From: Hydrolagus colliei
Lineage: Eukaryota
Assembly (NCBI GenBank): GCA_035084275.1
Contig: CM068757.1
Coordinates: forward strand, 15,438,001 to 15,502,000
Direction of reading: 5' to 3'
Length of the DNA stretch: 64,000 nt
A program made the translations under genes and the position numbers. Below are positions 37,501-49,500 of this stretch, piece by piece. Position 1 is the first letter of the stretch. The number at the start of each line of letters is the position of its first letter. The notes under the pieces are model-generated. The model saw only the letters and a list, made by a program, of their open reading frames with translations, was not told the DNA's origin and ran no database searches.

Positions 37501-39976
37501 ATGTTGAAACTGACTGAAAAGAACATAACTTATTCTAAAAATAAAAGCCCCACCTGGTGAAAGAAACTGTGGTATAGACTGTGGTATCGATTTTTAAAGA
37601 ATTATGTTAACTTTCTTAAGGTTATTCTTTCGGTTTCAGACTTACTACTCCTACATGTTACAAGTCAACTGTGTTCCACAAAATAATTGACATAAGATAT
37701 TTGTGTCATTTTTCAGAATCCTGGAACATTGCTGTGCGCAAACTGCCTGCTGTGTTTGCCTACAATTGCAAAATCACTACACTTCACAATAAAATCCCTA
37801 TCAATTGTTTTGAAGCATCTTAACGATGTGAAAATGTGCTACATCAAACAGAAGGGATATAGTTCTGAAGTTGGTGAGACAAGCCAGTCCTTTCTTTTGA
37901 AATAGCTTTGTTCATACTCACAAGCATTTTGCAGTATTTATTATAAAGCTTACAGTATTTTTTAGGCAAACACAATCACACAATTACTATTGTACAATAA
38001 TGTCCCACAACAGATATGAATCGTATCATCGTATGCGAATGATCCAGGAGATTGTTGGCCACAACATCAGAAGGAACTCACTTCTCATTTCAAATTGTGC
38101 CACATACATGGTTTGACCCTTCCACTTTCTCTTCAGTCAGAAACCCAGGTGTCTTGTTTGATCCTGGTTTGATCACCCAGACCTCGGTAGCTAATGTCTT
38201 CTCCCGCACCAAGCTCCGGGACCCCATCTGTTCCATTGTATTCTTGCCCGACTCCATTGGCTCCCCTTCGTTCAGATGATTCAATTCAAAATGCTGGTTG
38301 GTCCTCACCTTTAAAGCCCTCCATGGCTTTGCCCCACCCTCCCTCTGCGACCTCCTAACCCCCTACCAACCTGTCTGCCTCCTCTGCTCAGCCGGCTCCG
38401 GCCTGCTCCATGTCCTCCGACTCACCTGCCCCACCATTGGCTGGCGATCCTTCAGACATTCTGCCCCCAATCTCTGGAAATCCATTCCGCAGTCCCTCCT
38501 TCAAGTCCTGCTTCAAGACATTACTCTTCGACAGCCCCATTAGCCACTCCAAATCCCTCCCTTTCCCTCTATCCTCCGTGTCCCCACCTCGGGTCTGAAA
38601 CAATGATTGTCCAGCGCCGTGTGATGTCCTCCTGATGTGAAAGGCGCTATACAAGTGTAATTTTGCTGTTGTTGTTGTCTCCATCACTAGCTTCCCCGGG
38701 TTGTTGAGATTGCTTTTATCTCAGCTTTTATCTCCAGGCCAATACTTGCTCGCAGGGCATCCCATCACTTCTCTCCCCAAGCTGTAGCCTGATCTGAAGT
38801 CTGCTACTCATTTCCTCTCCCACACAAGGTGCCACAAGCCTTTAAGTATGTGTCCGGATCAACTGCCTCCCCATACCCCAGAGGATCAAGTTCTCACTAC
38901 TAAATCCCTCTGCAGTCTTTTCCCACCATAGTTGTATGATCTTCTAAAACCATTCCAACCCGCCCTATAAAGGCACTATACAAATGCAATTTGTTGTTGT
39001 TGATATTCAGAAACAGCCGTCAATATTAAGCTTTCCAGTCTCTGGTGTACATAGATTTTTAAAAAAGTATTTGTCTCTTATTTTTAATCTCTCAGGTACC
39101 CCAGGAAAAAGTTCTCACTCTTCCTACTTTTGAAACCATTCCCAATCTTGCACATTTCCTTCAGTGCATTTCTTTCAGTTTCTTACCTTCTCTGGCTATT
39201 ACTTTTACTGTGAGATGTTTGTTACTCAAACACTGTAGCTCCCCCCACTCTTTGGTTGTCCTTTTCTTTCTCAACTGGTTCTCCTTTGTGTTGACCATGT
39301 TGGAGTGAGACATTTATTTGTATCGCTTTCCTTTTGCCAGACTCCAAACCTTTGCCCACCCATTCCCTCCTCATGCTGCTGTTGTCATTTCCAAACCTAT
39401 AACTTTCTCTGAGAGGTCCTGAAGCAGTGGGAGCTCCAACGGTCGCGGCGCGAGCTGCAGCTGTGCAGTTAGGCAGGAACAGTCAGCGTCAGGAGATTCG
39501 TTCATGAGGTAAATTGCCCCAAGACCGCCCTCACCCGAGCCGGCTGGCCCAGCCCACTCCTGGTCCCCAAACGGAGTTGTTTAAGTAAAATAGAACGGGA
39601 ACCGTCAAGTGAAGCGGCCACCTGTCCTGTGGTTTCTTAGAGTTCTCCATATTTGGAGAAAGGTCAGGAGCCAGCTGAGAGTCAGTATTATTTGGAACCA
39701 GGGTAGACAATCAACCCCAGGTATAAAAGCCGAAGCCAACTTTGTAAAGTGCCGTACCCTTGACATTGCCCTGGCATCAGTGAGCATCCTGCATCACAGA
39801 CAGAGAAGATATTGGACATCTAGAATGTTCTTTGAGGGTGTCAGGTTGCCTGAAAACATCACCTGGAACTTAGATTAATGGTCAGAGAAATAATAATAAA
39901 TAATCAAATTTCAGGTGGTGTAAATACATCATGTTACGAGTATATCTAAAGATGCTAAATGGGATACACTGTAAGG

Positions 39977-40355
39977 CAGTGGCTTCCAAACTTTGAATAG
40001 TAGCGCCCCCCCCACAACCCAGCAACATTTCTGTTGCACTCCCCACTTCTGCACACTCATCTCCACACAGTCAGGTCCTCGGCTCCACCCCTGCCCGCCG
40101 GGTCGGGAAGCCGGGGGCTTCACCGGTGACTGGATCACCGAAAATGACTTCCAAACTTTGAATAGCAGCGACCTCTCTCCTTCACATTTAGATCCACACA
40201 CTCTGGTCCTCAGCTCCTCCTCGGCTTCTCTCGGGTCCTTGGCTATGCCTTGGCTCCACATGCACTCAGGGGCTCAAGACGCTATAGCTCCGTGCCCCCC
40301 CAGCCAACAGTATGCGCCCTCAAGGCATGCACACCCTACAGTTTGGAAACCACTG
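39977..40355. mobile_element. Non-autonomous hAT (Charlie-like) DNA transposon / MITE, 379 bp
   Basis: TIRs CAGTGGCTTCCAAACT and AGTTTGGAAACCACTG (15/16 match); perfect 8-bp TSD CTGTAAGG at 39969-39976 and 40356-40363. Confidence 0.93.
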
Positions 40356-40627
40356 CTGTAAGGTGTAGTGATTGATTTTGTAGATGAATGTTGCAATGAA
40401 TTTGACCACAGCAATGCCATGACATAAATGCCGAATTCCTAAATGAGGAATTCTTGGCAAGGACAGCAGGAGAGAGAAACTTCCTTCTTTTTTCTAAAAG
40501 TGCCAAGGAAGTCTTTAATATCCATCTGAAATGGCAGACAACACCTCGGTTTAATGTCCTATCTGAAGGATCCGATTTCCAACAATGCGCTAGAGACTCC
40601 CCAGCATAGTGTTCAAGCATCAGCCTA

Positions 40628-41972
40628 GACAGTGGCAGCATGGGTCCAGAACTGGCTGGGAGACAGAAACCAGAGAGTTGTGGTGAACGGCTGTTTTGCT
40701 GACTGGAGGGAAGTGTACAGTGGAGTCCCCCAGGGATCGTTATTGGGACCACTGCTCTTTTTAATTGATATTAATGATCTGGACTTGGGTATAGGGAGTA
40801 CAATTTCAAAGTTTGCAGATGACACAAAGTTAGAAAAAATAGTAAATAGTGAGGATAGTAACCCATCTGCAAGAATATATAGACAGAATGCTAAAATGGG
40901 CGGACACATGGCAGATGAAGTTTAATGTGGAGAAATGTGAGGTGATGCATTTTGGGAGGAGGAATGAGAAGAGGATAGGCTAGATAGTACAATTTTAAGT
41001 AGTGTGAAGGAACAGACAGACCTGGGGGTTTGTGTAAGTGAATCTTTGAAGGTGGCAGGACAGGTAGATAAGGCTATTAAAAAAGCATACGGGGTAGTAA
41101 GCTTTATAAATAGGGGCATAGAGTAGAAAGAAAGTAGAATGGAAAAGCCAGGAAGTTCTGACTAACCTCTATAAAACTTAGGCCTCAGCTGTGTTTAATT
41201 CTGGTCACCACACTTTAGGAAGGATGTTAAGGCATTGGAAAGGAGAGATTTACGAGGATGGTAAAGCCCGATTATCCTTGACCCGATCAACCGGATTGCG
41301 CTATCCCCTCCTGAGGCATTCCAGCAATCGCGAGTATGCGCACTTTGCGCATGAGCGCGATGTGTGCGCATGCGCACTTATTAAACTTACGAACTCTGGG
41401 TTTTTACCGATTAGCAAAAAATGCTTTTTTACTGAATATTTTACAGAGTGTGCTGGAATGCTTATTGGTAAGTATCCATTAGTATATTATTAATATGGTA
41501 TGTTTTAAAATAAGTAAACTTTTTTGTGTTGGATTTTCGGCAACTTGCTGCCCGATTATCCGACACAGTCACTTAGTCGACCCCCGGAGAGTGCTGGATA
41601 AACTGTACCAAGAATGAGGGACTTCAGTGATGAGGAAAGGCTAGAGAGGCTAGGTTTATTCTCATTGGAACAGAGAAGGTTATGAGAAGGCTTAATAGAG
41701 GTTTTCAAGATCATGAGGGGATTCGATAGGGTAAATAGGGAAAAACTATTTCTATTGGTGGGTGTGTCAATGACCCGAGGTCACAGATTTAAAATAGTTT
41801 CTAAAAGAAGCAGAGGGGAGATGAGGAGAAGTTTTTTCACTCAACGAATTGTTCGAATCTGGAATGCATTGCCTGAAAAGGTGGTGGAGGCCGATTCGAT
41901 AACAGCTTAACAGGTTTGTTCACATATTGGGAGAGAGCTGGGGAGTGAGATTGAGTTGCTCTTTTCAAAGAG
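40628..41972 (+). mobile_element. CR1 LINE 3' part (RT), degenerate, interrupted by a MITE-like insert
   Basis: [20 protein letters not shown]...[16 protein letters not shown]...SKFADDTKL, plus a C-terminal TRGHRFK segment. Confidence 0.93.
41264..41605. mobile_element. Probable Tc1/mariner (Tigger/pogo-like) MITE inside the CR1
   Basis: Splits the CR1 motif GGATGGTA|CCA with TA on both sides; CCCGATTATCC motifs near both ends; termini degenerate. Confidence 0.6.
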
Positions 41973-42635
41973 CATGCAAACGGAATGCAAACCTAGACAC
42001 TCCAGATGTCTGACTTTTCATTTTTGACTTTAATAATAATAATAATTCTTGCATTTGATGTAGCACCTCATCATGTCTTTAAGACATATCAAAGTCCTTC
42101 ACAGAATATATTGTTAAGTGAATCGACTGTATTTTGTGGGCAAAACGTGAAATATAGAGTGAAAGTAATTGGTTTTGCAAGATCTAACCCCCCTCTTTTT
42201 AACAAATTGTCTCTCTCAGGTAATACAATACAATTTACATTCATATAGTGTATTTTACGTCAGCAGGACATCACAAGGTGTTTCATGTATTGTGTCCAGA
42301 ATTGTGAATGTGCTATTGAAGATTTTTCTCATACTGTAGTTAGAAACCGTACATAATCCTTCTGCAGACTTAGGGTATATAGAGATGTAAGAATTATTGA
42401 GAGGAAGAGAAATGTTTATAAACCACAGTAACAAAATTACATTTGCAATAGAAAACCAAACTTGGTTGAGAAGATAGGACTATACTGTCATTTGAGACCA
42501 AAGATGATTGAAAGGTTATAAATGTCAGCAGATAAAAGGACATGGTGGATGGTGCTTGAGACTTGAAGAAACTATTGCTACAAAAAAAATCCTTTAAGGA
42601 CACCCAAATATGGCTTATTAAAAGTATATGGTTGA

Positions 42636-42699
42636 TTTATTTATTAGAAATATTAGCAGTGGATACACATTTTTTGCACAGAGAATAAGAATATTTATT
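42636..42699 (-). terminator. Candidate polyadenylation signals of the MUC2-like gene
   Basis: AATAAA on the minus strand at 42694-42699 and 42636-42645, 220-285 nt after the stop codon. Confidence 0.6.
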
Positions 42700-42919
42700 T
42701 ATCATCTAAAGTAATAAATAAAAGTTCATTTGGTGTTAAAAGTAAAATTGTAACACTAGAAAGAGACTATTCACTAAGCAGAATAAAAGAAGAATGAATA
42801 ATAAACAGTAATAGTGTAAGCTTTGAAACTGCAAAGTTGCCAAATTTTGCTAACAAAATTAATTTAATTTTCTGTTTTATCTTAGTTGAGGATCTTTTGT
42901 TTAAGATCTTTGGTTTAAT

Positions 42920-43585
42920 TTATGCATGCTTTAACTGCCTCTTCATATTTGCTCGCTGAACACGTCTTCGCTTTCTTTCCTCTGGTTTGTAGTCTTGAGA
43001 CCCATTTTTGAGGCTTTCTGATTTATTTTTGTTACTGTTATTGGATGATGTACCACCTTTACTCAATGATAGGTTATGTTTGTTTGCTTTTGAATTATTC
43101 AAGGTAGATTTTTCAACAACCAGGCTGCTTGTACCTGAGCTTGATTTTTCTGAAGACATCCTGCTTTGACTGGTTATGTTTGTTATTTCCTCACAGTCCA
43201 GTTTTACACAATTACATTCATCAACATAGATGTAATGGTGTTGAATAAAGCTTCCATCAGGGCACATCAAGAGAATTTCCTTGTCATGGGTCTTTGTCTC
43301 TCGACAGCAAGTGCACTTGTGGTCCATTGAATTTGCTTCTGTAGAATACCTATTGATGATGAGAGATGACATAAGAGGATGAAATATGGAATATGGGACA
43401 CTTTTAGGCAAATGAAACGACTAAACTGGTGGCAGATATTCCTAATGAAAAGCTTGATACTTACATGGAGTAAGCATCACACGTCCCTTCACATGATGCG
43501 GTTTCCACCACCTCTGGAGCCACACAGCCTTGGTACTTAATCTGGGTCTTTTGTTTTAGACGCTTACAATTCTCCTTCTGATGAC
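42920..43585 (-). CDS. Cystine-knot (CK) exons and C-terminal tail
   Basis: CEGTCDAYSMYSTEANSMDHKCTCCRETKT...LMCPDGSFIQHHYIYVDECNC, then the tail to the stop at 42920. Confidence 0.93.
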
Positions 43586-46500
43586 CTATAGTTATGAGTT
43601 AAATGTGTCAATTTAGAATACCATATTGGACTTATTGTGGAATGGTAGTTATGTAAATTATAGATGACAAAAACATTACTTTTCAGCCTGAAAAAAGAAT
43701 GTTCAAAAAAGGATGTTCAAGAATGTTTCCACAATGGAGTCCATCCTGTAGCCTCTCCTCCTCCCTTTCCTCCTTCAAGGCCGGTCTCAAGACCTTCCTC
43801 TTCGACCGCGCCTTTGCCTGCCCCACTAACTCTTCCCCCTCTCCCACTCTCCTTCCCCGAACTTCGACCCTCCCCCCACCCCCCCTGCCCCCCCCATCCC
43901 CGCTCCGACCAGACTGTTCAGCGCTTTGGGACGTCCTCCCGACGTGAAAGACCCTATATAAGCGCAATGTTTTTTTTTTTGTTGTTGTTGTGTTCATTAA
44001 GACTTGTAGATGTACACAAGTCCTCAAACTTGTAAGGCAAATCTCTAATAGTTTTGGGTAGATAAGTTTCACGAAATGTAGCAATATTTCATACAATTTC
44101 ATGATTTGATGATGCAAATAGTTAGCAATTTATAAAACAGCCTTACATTGATCATATAGAAAACATAAAAGATTATAAATATTCAGCACTCACATATTTT
44201 ACAGCAGCCATTTTCACTTGTAGTAATTGTTCCCTGTAACAGAAACCACAATGTTCTTTGCAAAATAATGTCATTAAAATCTGTTACATTTAATTATATT
44301 TCCTAAAATGAAACTGCCAACCTGATGGCAGGAAGAATGCTCAAATTTATATTCTTTATAACAAGAGAAATAATTTTCCAATTCCAATTTTTATTTCGGT
44401 CAGCCGGGTGACTGGACTCCCTTCCTCACTCCCTTCGCCTCTCCCCCTCTCTTCTCAGTTTCAGGTCCCAGCTAAAGAACTTTCTCTTCAACCGTGCCTT
44501 TGGTCACCTTTCTACCCCTGCCCCTGGCTCGGTCCCAGGATTCGTTGTTGTGAAGCGCTCTGAGACACTGTCCGCTATATAAATCGAAGTTGTTGTTGTT
44601 GCCTAACACACATAGAAACCCATCACTGTATTTACGTATCTCCATATTGAGCAGAGTTTCACTATGTATGCCACATGGGAAATTTAGGGCTATCATGTGC
44701 AGAACTGAGTGAGAAGATTTCCTGCCTCAATTGACTAGATGTCCCCCACCCGCCACCCACCTCTTCTTCTGTCTTAAATCTAAACAAACATGTTTAATTT
44801 AAAATTCACGTAAAACTACAATCAAGCAGTTACTTAGAATTTGTGCACACTTACTGGCTCACAGTCATCTTCATCAAAATCAGGGCAAATTACGTTGGAA
44901 ACATTAAGTAAAATAATGTTGTGGATTTGCGTGCATCCAAAAACCGTACAGTTGTTGTAAGGTGACGGCAACTCATCCCCAGGCTAGAATGTTATGGAAA
45001 TAAAGATAGAAATGAGATGTAAAAAGTAGCCATAAGACTAACTAAAATAATACGATTGGTTCTAAGGATAAATCGTAATGAATCTCTTTATTTATTATCT
45101 AATTTAAAAAAAAGTAAAATTATACAAACCGGCAGTAGAATGACAGATTGGTCGCCAAGATCTACCAAGCATTTAACTTGGACACATGTACCACAACATG
45201 CATCTGTCATTTCTTGATATTCAAAACCCTGTTGCAAAATAATGAGATACTTCCATTAAAAAGTTTGGAATGATAATAGCTTTCCATAATTTTTTTTCAT
45301 CAGATTTTACAATTTTGTCCCATACATATCCAGCATTAATCTTTTTGGGGTTGTTAAGAGTTTTTCTTAATCCTAGTTTTCTCTTGTCTATATTAGGGCA
45401 CATGCCATTCATGGACAATCTGCTCTGAGGTTCGTTTGGATTGACCATTAAGCTTGCATCCTACTCCGGTCCCCACCTGATTGTTCAGCACCTAGGGACA
45501 TCCTCCCGACGTGAAAGGCGCTCTAAAAATGTAATTTTGTTGTTGTTGGCTCCTAGTCAGCTCTGTAAAGCGACTATGAGACAACATCCTGATATGAAAG
45601 GTGCTATAAATATGTAAAATTGTGGTTGTAGTTCCAGCGTTCTCCCCCCATATATTCACTACAAAAAAATATTTGAATAAGTATCAAATATATGAATTCT
45701 TACTTGTTCACACTCCTTGTTACATTCAACATTTTGGCAACTAATTTTGTTCAGCTGAGTTTCTGGGTTGGTTTCATTGGTACATGTACACTTTAGACAT
45801 TTGCTCAAAGGAATATCTGCTCCGGGCTGTACACAGGAGAGAGAACAGGTTAATCAATTGCTATATTTTTACTTAAATTCAACTAAGTAAATAACATTTC
45901 TTAAAATTGCAAAGTGGAACAGGTTGGTAAGATTTCAGACGGTTACAAATGTTAACTGATAAAAAGAAAATCAACTTACACGATACTCGGCCCCTTCATT
46001 TACACAAACACCCATTGGCTCTGCAATGCACAAATCAAACAATACATTCAGTAAAATAATTTAATTCAAGTACCAAATTAATCCTACAGAATAATAGTAT
46101 TATTTCATGGCCAAAAGAATTCCATATTGAACACTGAAAGGCGCTCTATAAATGCAATTTTGTTGTTGAAAGTTACTATACAAATACAATTTTCTTGTTG
46201 TTGATATAAAACACTGATAGGTAACTTATACTAATATTAATTTGCATTTTAAAAGTGCTTTTCAAATAAAACAATGTCTCAAAGCACTTGACAAATAAAA
46301 TACAATTTACATTTATGAAAATTGTAGTTCACATTATTGGCTGAAAATCACTTTCAGCCATGTATTATTGGAAGAATTTTATTCATCCCAAAATATCCCA
46401 AATTCAGTTCTTACACAACTAAGTTAAATATCTGGAGTTCTGACAAAGGATTGTGGATCCGAAATGTTGACTCACTTTCCTTTCTCCATAGATGCTCTCT

Positions 46501-49500
46501 GATCTGCTGAGTGTTCCCAGCGATTTCTGTTTTCTTTATGTTGAATATCTAGTACTTTTATCATAATAATCCTGGCATTTGGTGTAGTCTCAAATATTGA
46601 GACATCTCATAGCATTTCACAGGATATACAGTGAATTTACTATATTTTGGGCGAAATGTGGCAACCAATTCCGCACACTTTTGCCAAGGTTTCTCTATGT
46701 GTTCAGAAAAACAAAATACTTCTTTAACTTACCACATGTAGAAACTGGACAGCACTTTCCATCTGGGGTTTTTGTTACAATGTTAAATCCAAGGTCACAT
46801 TTAATTTCCGTTGAATTGCAAAGGCTGATGATGCACTCTAGGTAAACCACAGTGCATATGTTAGGCAAATGAAATTGCTGCAAATTTCTCCCAAATTAAT
46901 TTTGCTTTTACCCCATGAAATCAAATTAGATAAGTTGATCACAATGTGTGACTGAGCCCTGGAGACTGGAACACTTCCAATTTTGGAAACAAATAGCTTG
47001 TCTAACACTTAGTCAGTTATAGCATGATTTGTGCAGAATGAAATTTCCGATAAATTCTCCTATCAAATACAATAAAACCCTGAGAACTTGACCCGGCTTC
47101 ACTCGTCAATAATAGTAATAATCTTTGCATTTGACATAATACTTTTGACATCTTCTAGATGTCTCAAAGCGCTTCAAGGAATATACAGTGTCTGTATATT
47201 TGATGACGAAATGCGACGGCCATTTGCGCACAGCAGTGTCCCATAAACAGTCTAGGATTGACATAACCAATTTATTATTGATGTTTTTCTTCGGATTATT
47301 ATCAGGCGTGTGGGGTAAGAAAACTTTTCCCCTGATGGGAATTGAACCCAGGTTTCTCACTTGCAAAGCGAGTGCTCTAACCACTGATCTACAGGACTCG
47401 ATACTGTCAACATTCTGGCCATATTAATTTAAGTATTTGTACATACGACTAACTTGCAACTCAAGCACTTTGTCCTTGAAGCAACCATTATCCAGAGTTT
47501 AAAGTACTTGCAAATTGTGTACAGCATGACATTTTACTTCCACAACAGACACTCGCTGAGAGAGATTTGGATACTATGTGCTGAACTACAGACAGTATTA
47601 TACCCTGCACGTTAGTTAGTAAGACTGGACAGAATGCTAAAATCATGGTGGGGGTGGGATTGTCATTTTTGAGCTCTCACATGAATTGTTTCTTCCAAGA
47701 CGTATTGTAGAAATGTACCGATCGCAGATTTGAAAAATCCATTGTCCAAATGTTTTATAATAGTAATCTTATTGTGTAACATTTCAATAAGCAACTTACT
47801 GCACTCTGTTTCCAAGCAACAATGATCCTCTGGGTTTGTCACTGTAGCCATAACAAATCCATCTCCGTCACAGGTTATCGTCGGGGAAGATGCACATTCG
47901 TGTGGCTGACAGATAACTTGTTGTGTAACGTTATCACAGATGCAATCTTGACATTGAAATTCAAAGCTTTCTCCAAACTGTTGGAAAAAAGTACTAAGAG
48001 TAAAACAATGGATTCTCATAGTGCTTTAGAAATTTGCAGAAAATTACAAGCTGTGTTGCTGATATCATCAACAATAGGATAACAGTATTTCAGATAACCT
48101 TTATAAATGGAAGAGGGACATGGATAGGAGTTTCATCCCACCAGTTTGGGCTGGATTTAATTCCAGGTTCCACAGACTCAATAAACATAATGATAGTTCA
48201 TATAATATCTTATCACTCTACATGTAAAATGCTTTACACAATCACTTTGAAGTGAGTTCTGATGAAAGATCATCGACCTGAAATGTTAACTCACTTGCCT
48301 CTCTCCATAGCTGCTGTATGGCCTGCTGAATGTTCTATTTTTATTTTGAGTAGCTGTGACACAATTGTAAGTGGGAACCCTAATTTGCACAAGTAATGTT
48401 CTAGAAACAGCAATGATATAAATCAATGTTTTTTTCCCCCCAATCACTAGGGAGAATAACGTTCTCCTTTTGGAATGGATCAGAAAACTCCAGCAAGGAG
48501 TTGGTGAAGACAGGTATAATGGTTTGGGTGCATTTAGTAGGGTGATAGGAGCAGAGGCGGTGGATGTAGTGGAGGTGAAGCAAAGCAGTTTTGGTTAGAG
48601 AACGGATGTGAGGGGAAAAAGGAAAGCTGAAGTTTAAACTAAGTACAAGGATGCACACTTGAAAGAGTTTAGTTAGTTTGTTTGAGAGGTCAGGGAGCTT
48701 GAGGAGGTCAGAGCCAGAAGTGGTGGACGGAGGATAACAACAGCTCAACAACTTGCACTTATATAGTGCCCTCCATGCAGTGTGGCATCTCAGGGCTTAA
48801 ATGCTCAGATGATAATAATAGTAATTCTTGCTTTTGATCTAACGCTTTTCAAGTCTTCTACATGTCTAAAAGTGCTTCACAGAATATACTGTAAAGTGAA
48901 TTGACTGTACATTTGTGGGCCACAGTGTCCCACAGCACAGCAGTGTCCCACAAACAGTTGTGGATTGAAATGACCAATTTATTATAGTTTTACTGTATGT
49001 CTTGTCCATATTTAGTTGCAGGAAATCTTGGCTCATTGATGCCTTCATGTGTGCCAGGCAAGTGGACAAAATATCAGTGATAAACGGATGATGTCACTAA
49101 GAAGGAGTATGTAGATGAGGAAGAGCAGCAGGCCGAGAATAGAGACCTAAGGTACTCCACAGGTGAGAGGATGAGACGAGAAAGGTTGGAGGAGATGAAG
49201 TGAAGTTAGTGGGTTAAATAGGATTAAAACTAGGAGAGTGACGTCCCATGGAGGTGGATGAGGCTAGGTGATTGTAATCACCGAGTGATTACAATTACTT
49301 CACTGAGTGATCAGCAGTGAAGTGACAGAGGAGTGGAGCTCCTGTGGCTTAGTGGTTAGAGCACTTGTCTTGCAAGCTGGGGAGACCGAGCTGGGGAAAC
49401 CTGTGTTCGAATCCAGGCAGGTCAGGGCAAAACCTTGGGCAAGTTTCCTTACACCACATGCCTAATAATAATCTGTCCAAAAAAACCCACAATAAATAAA

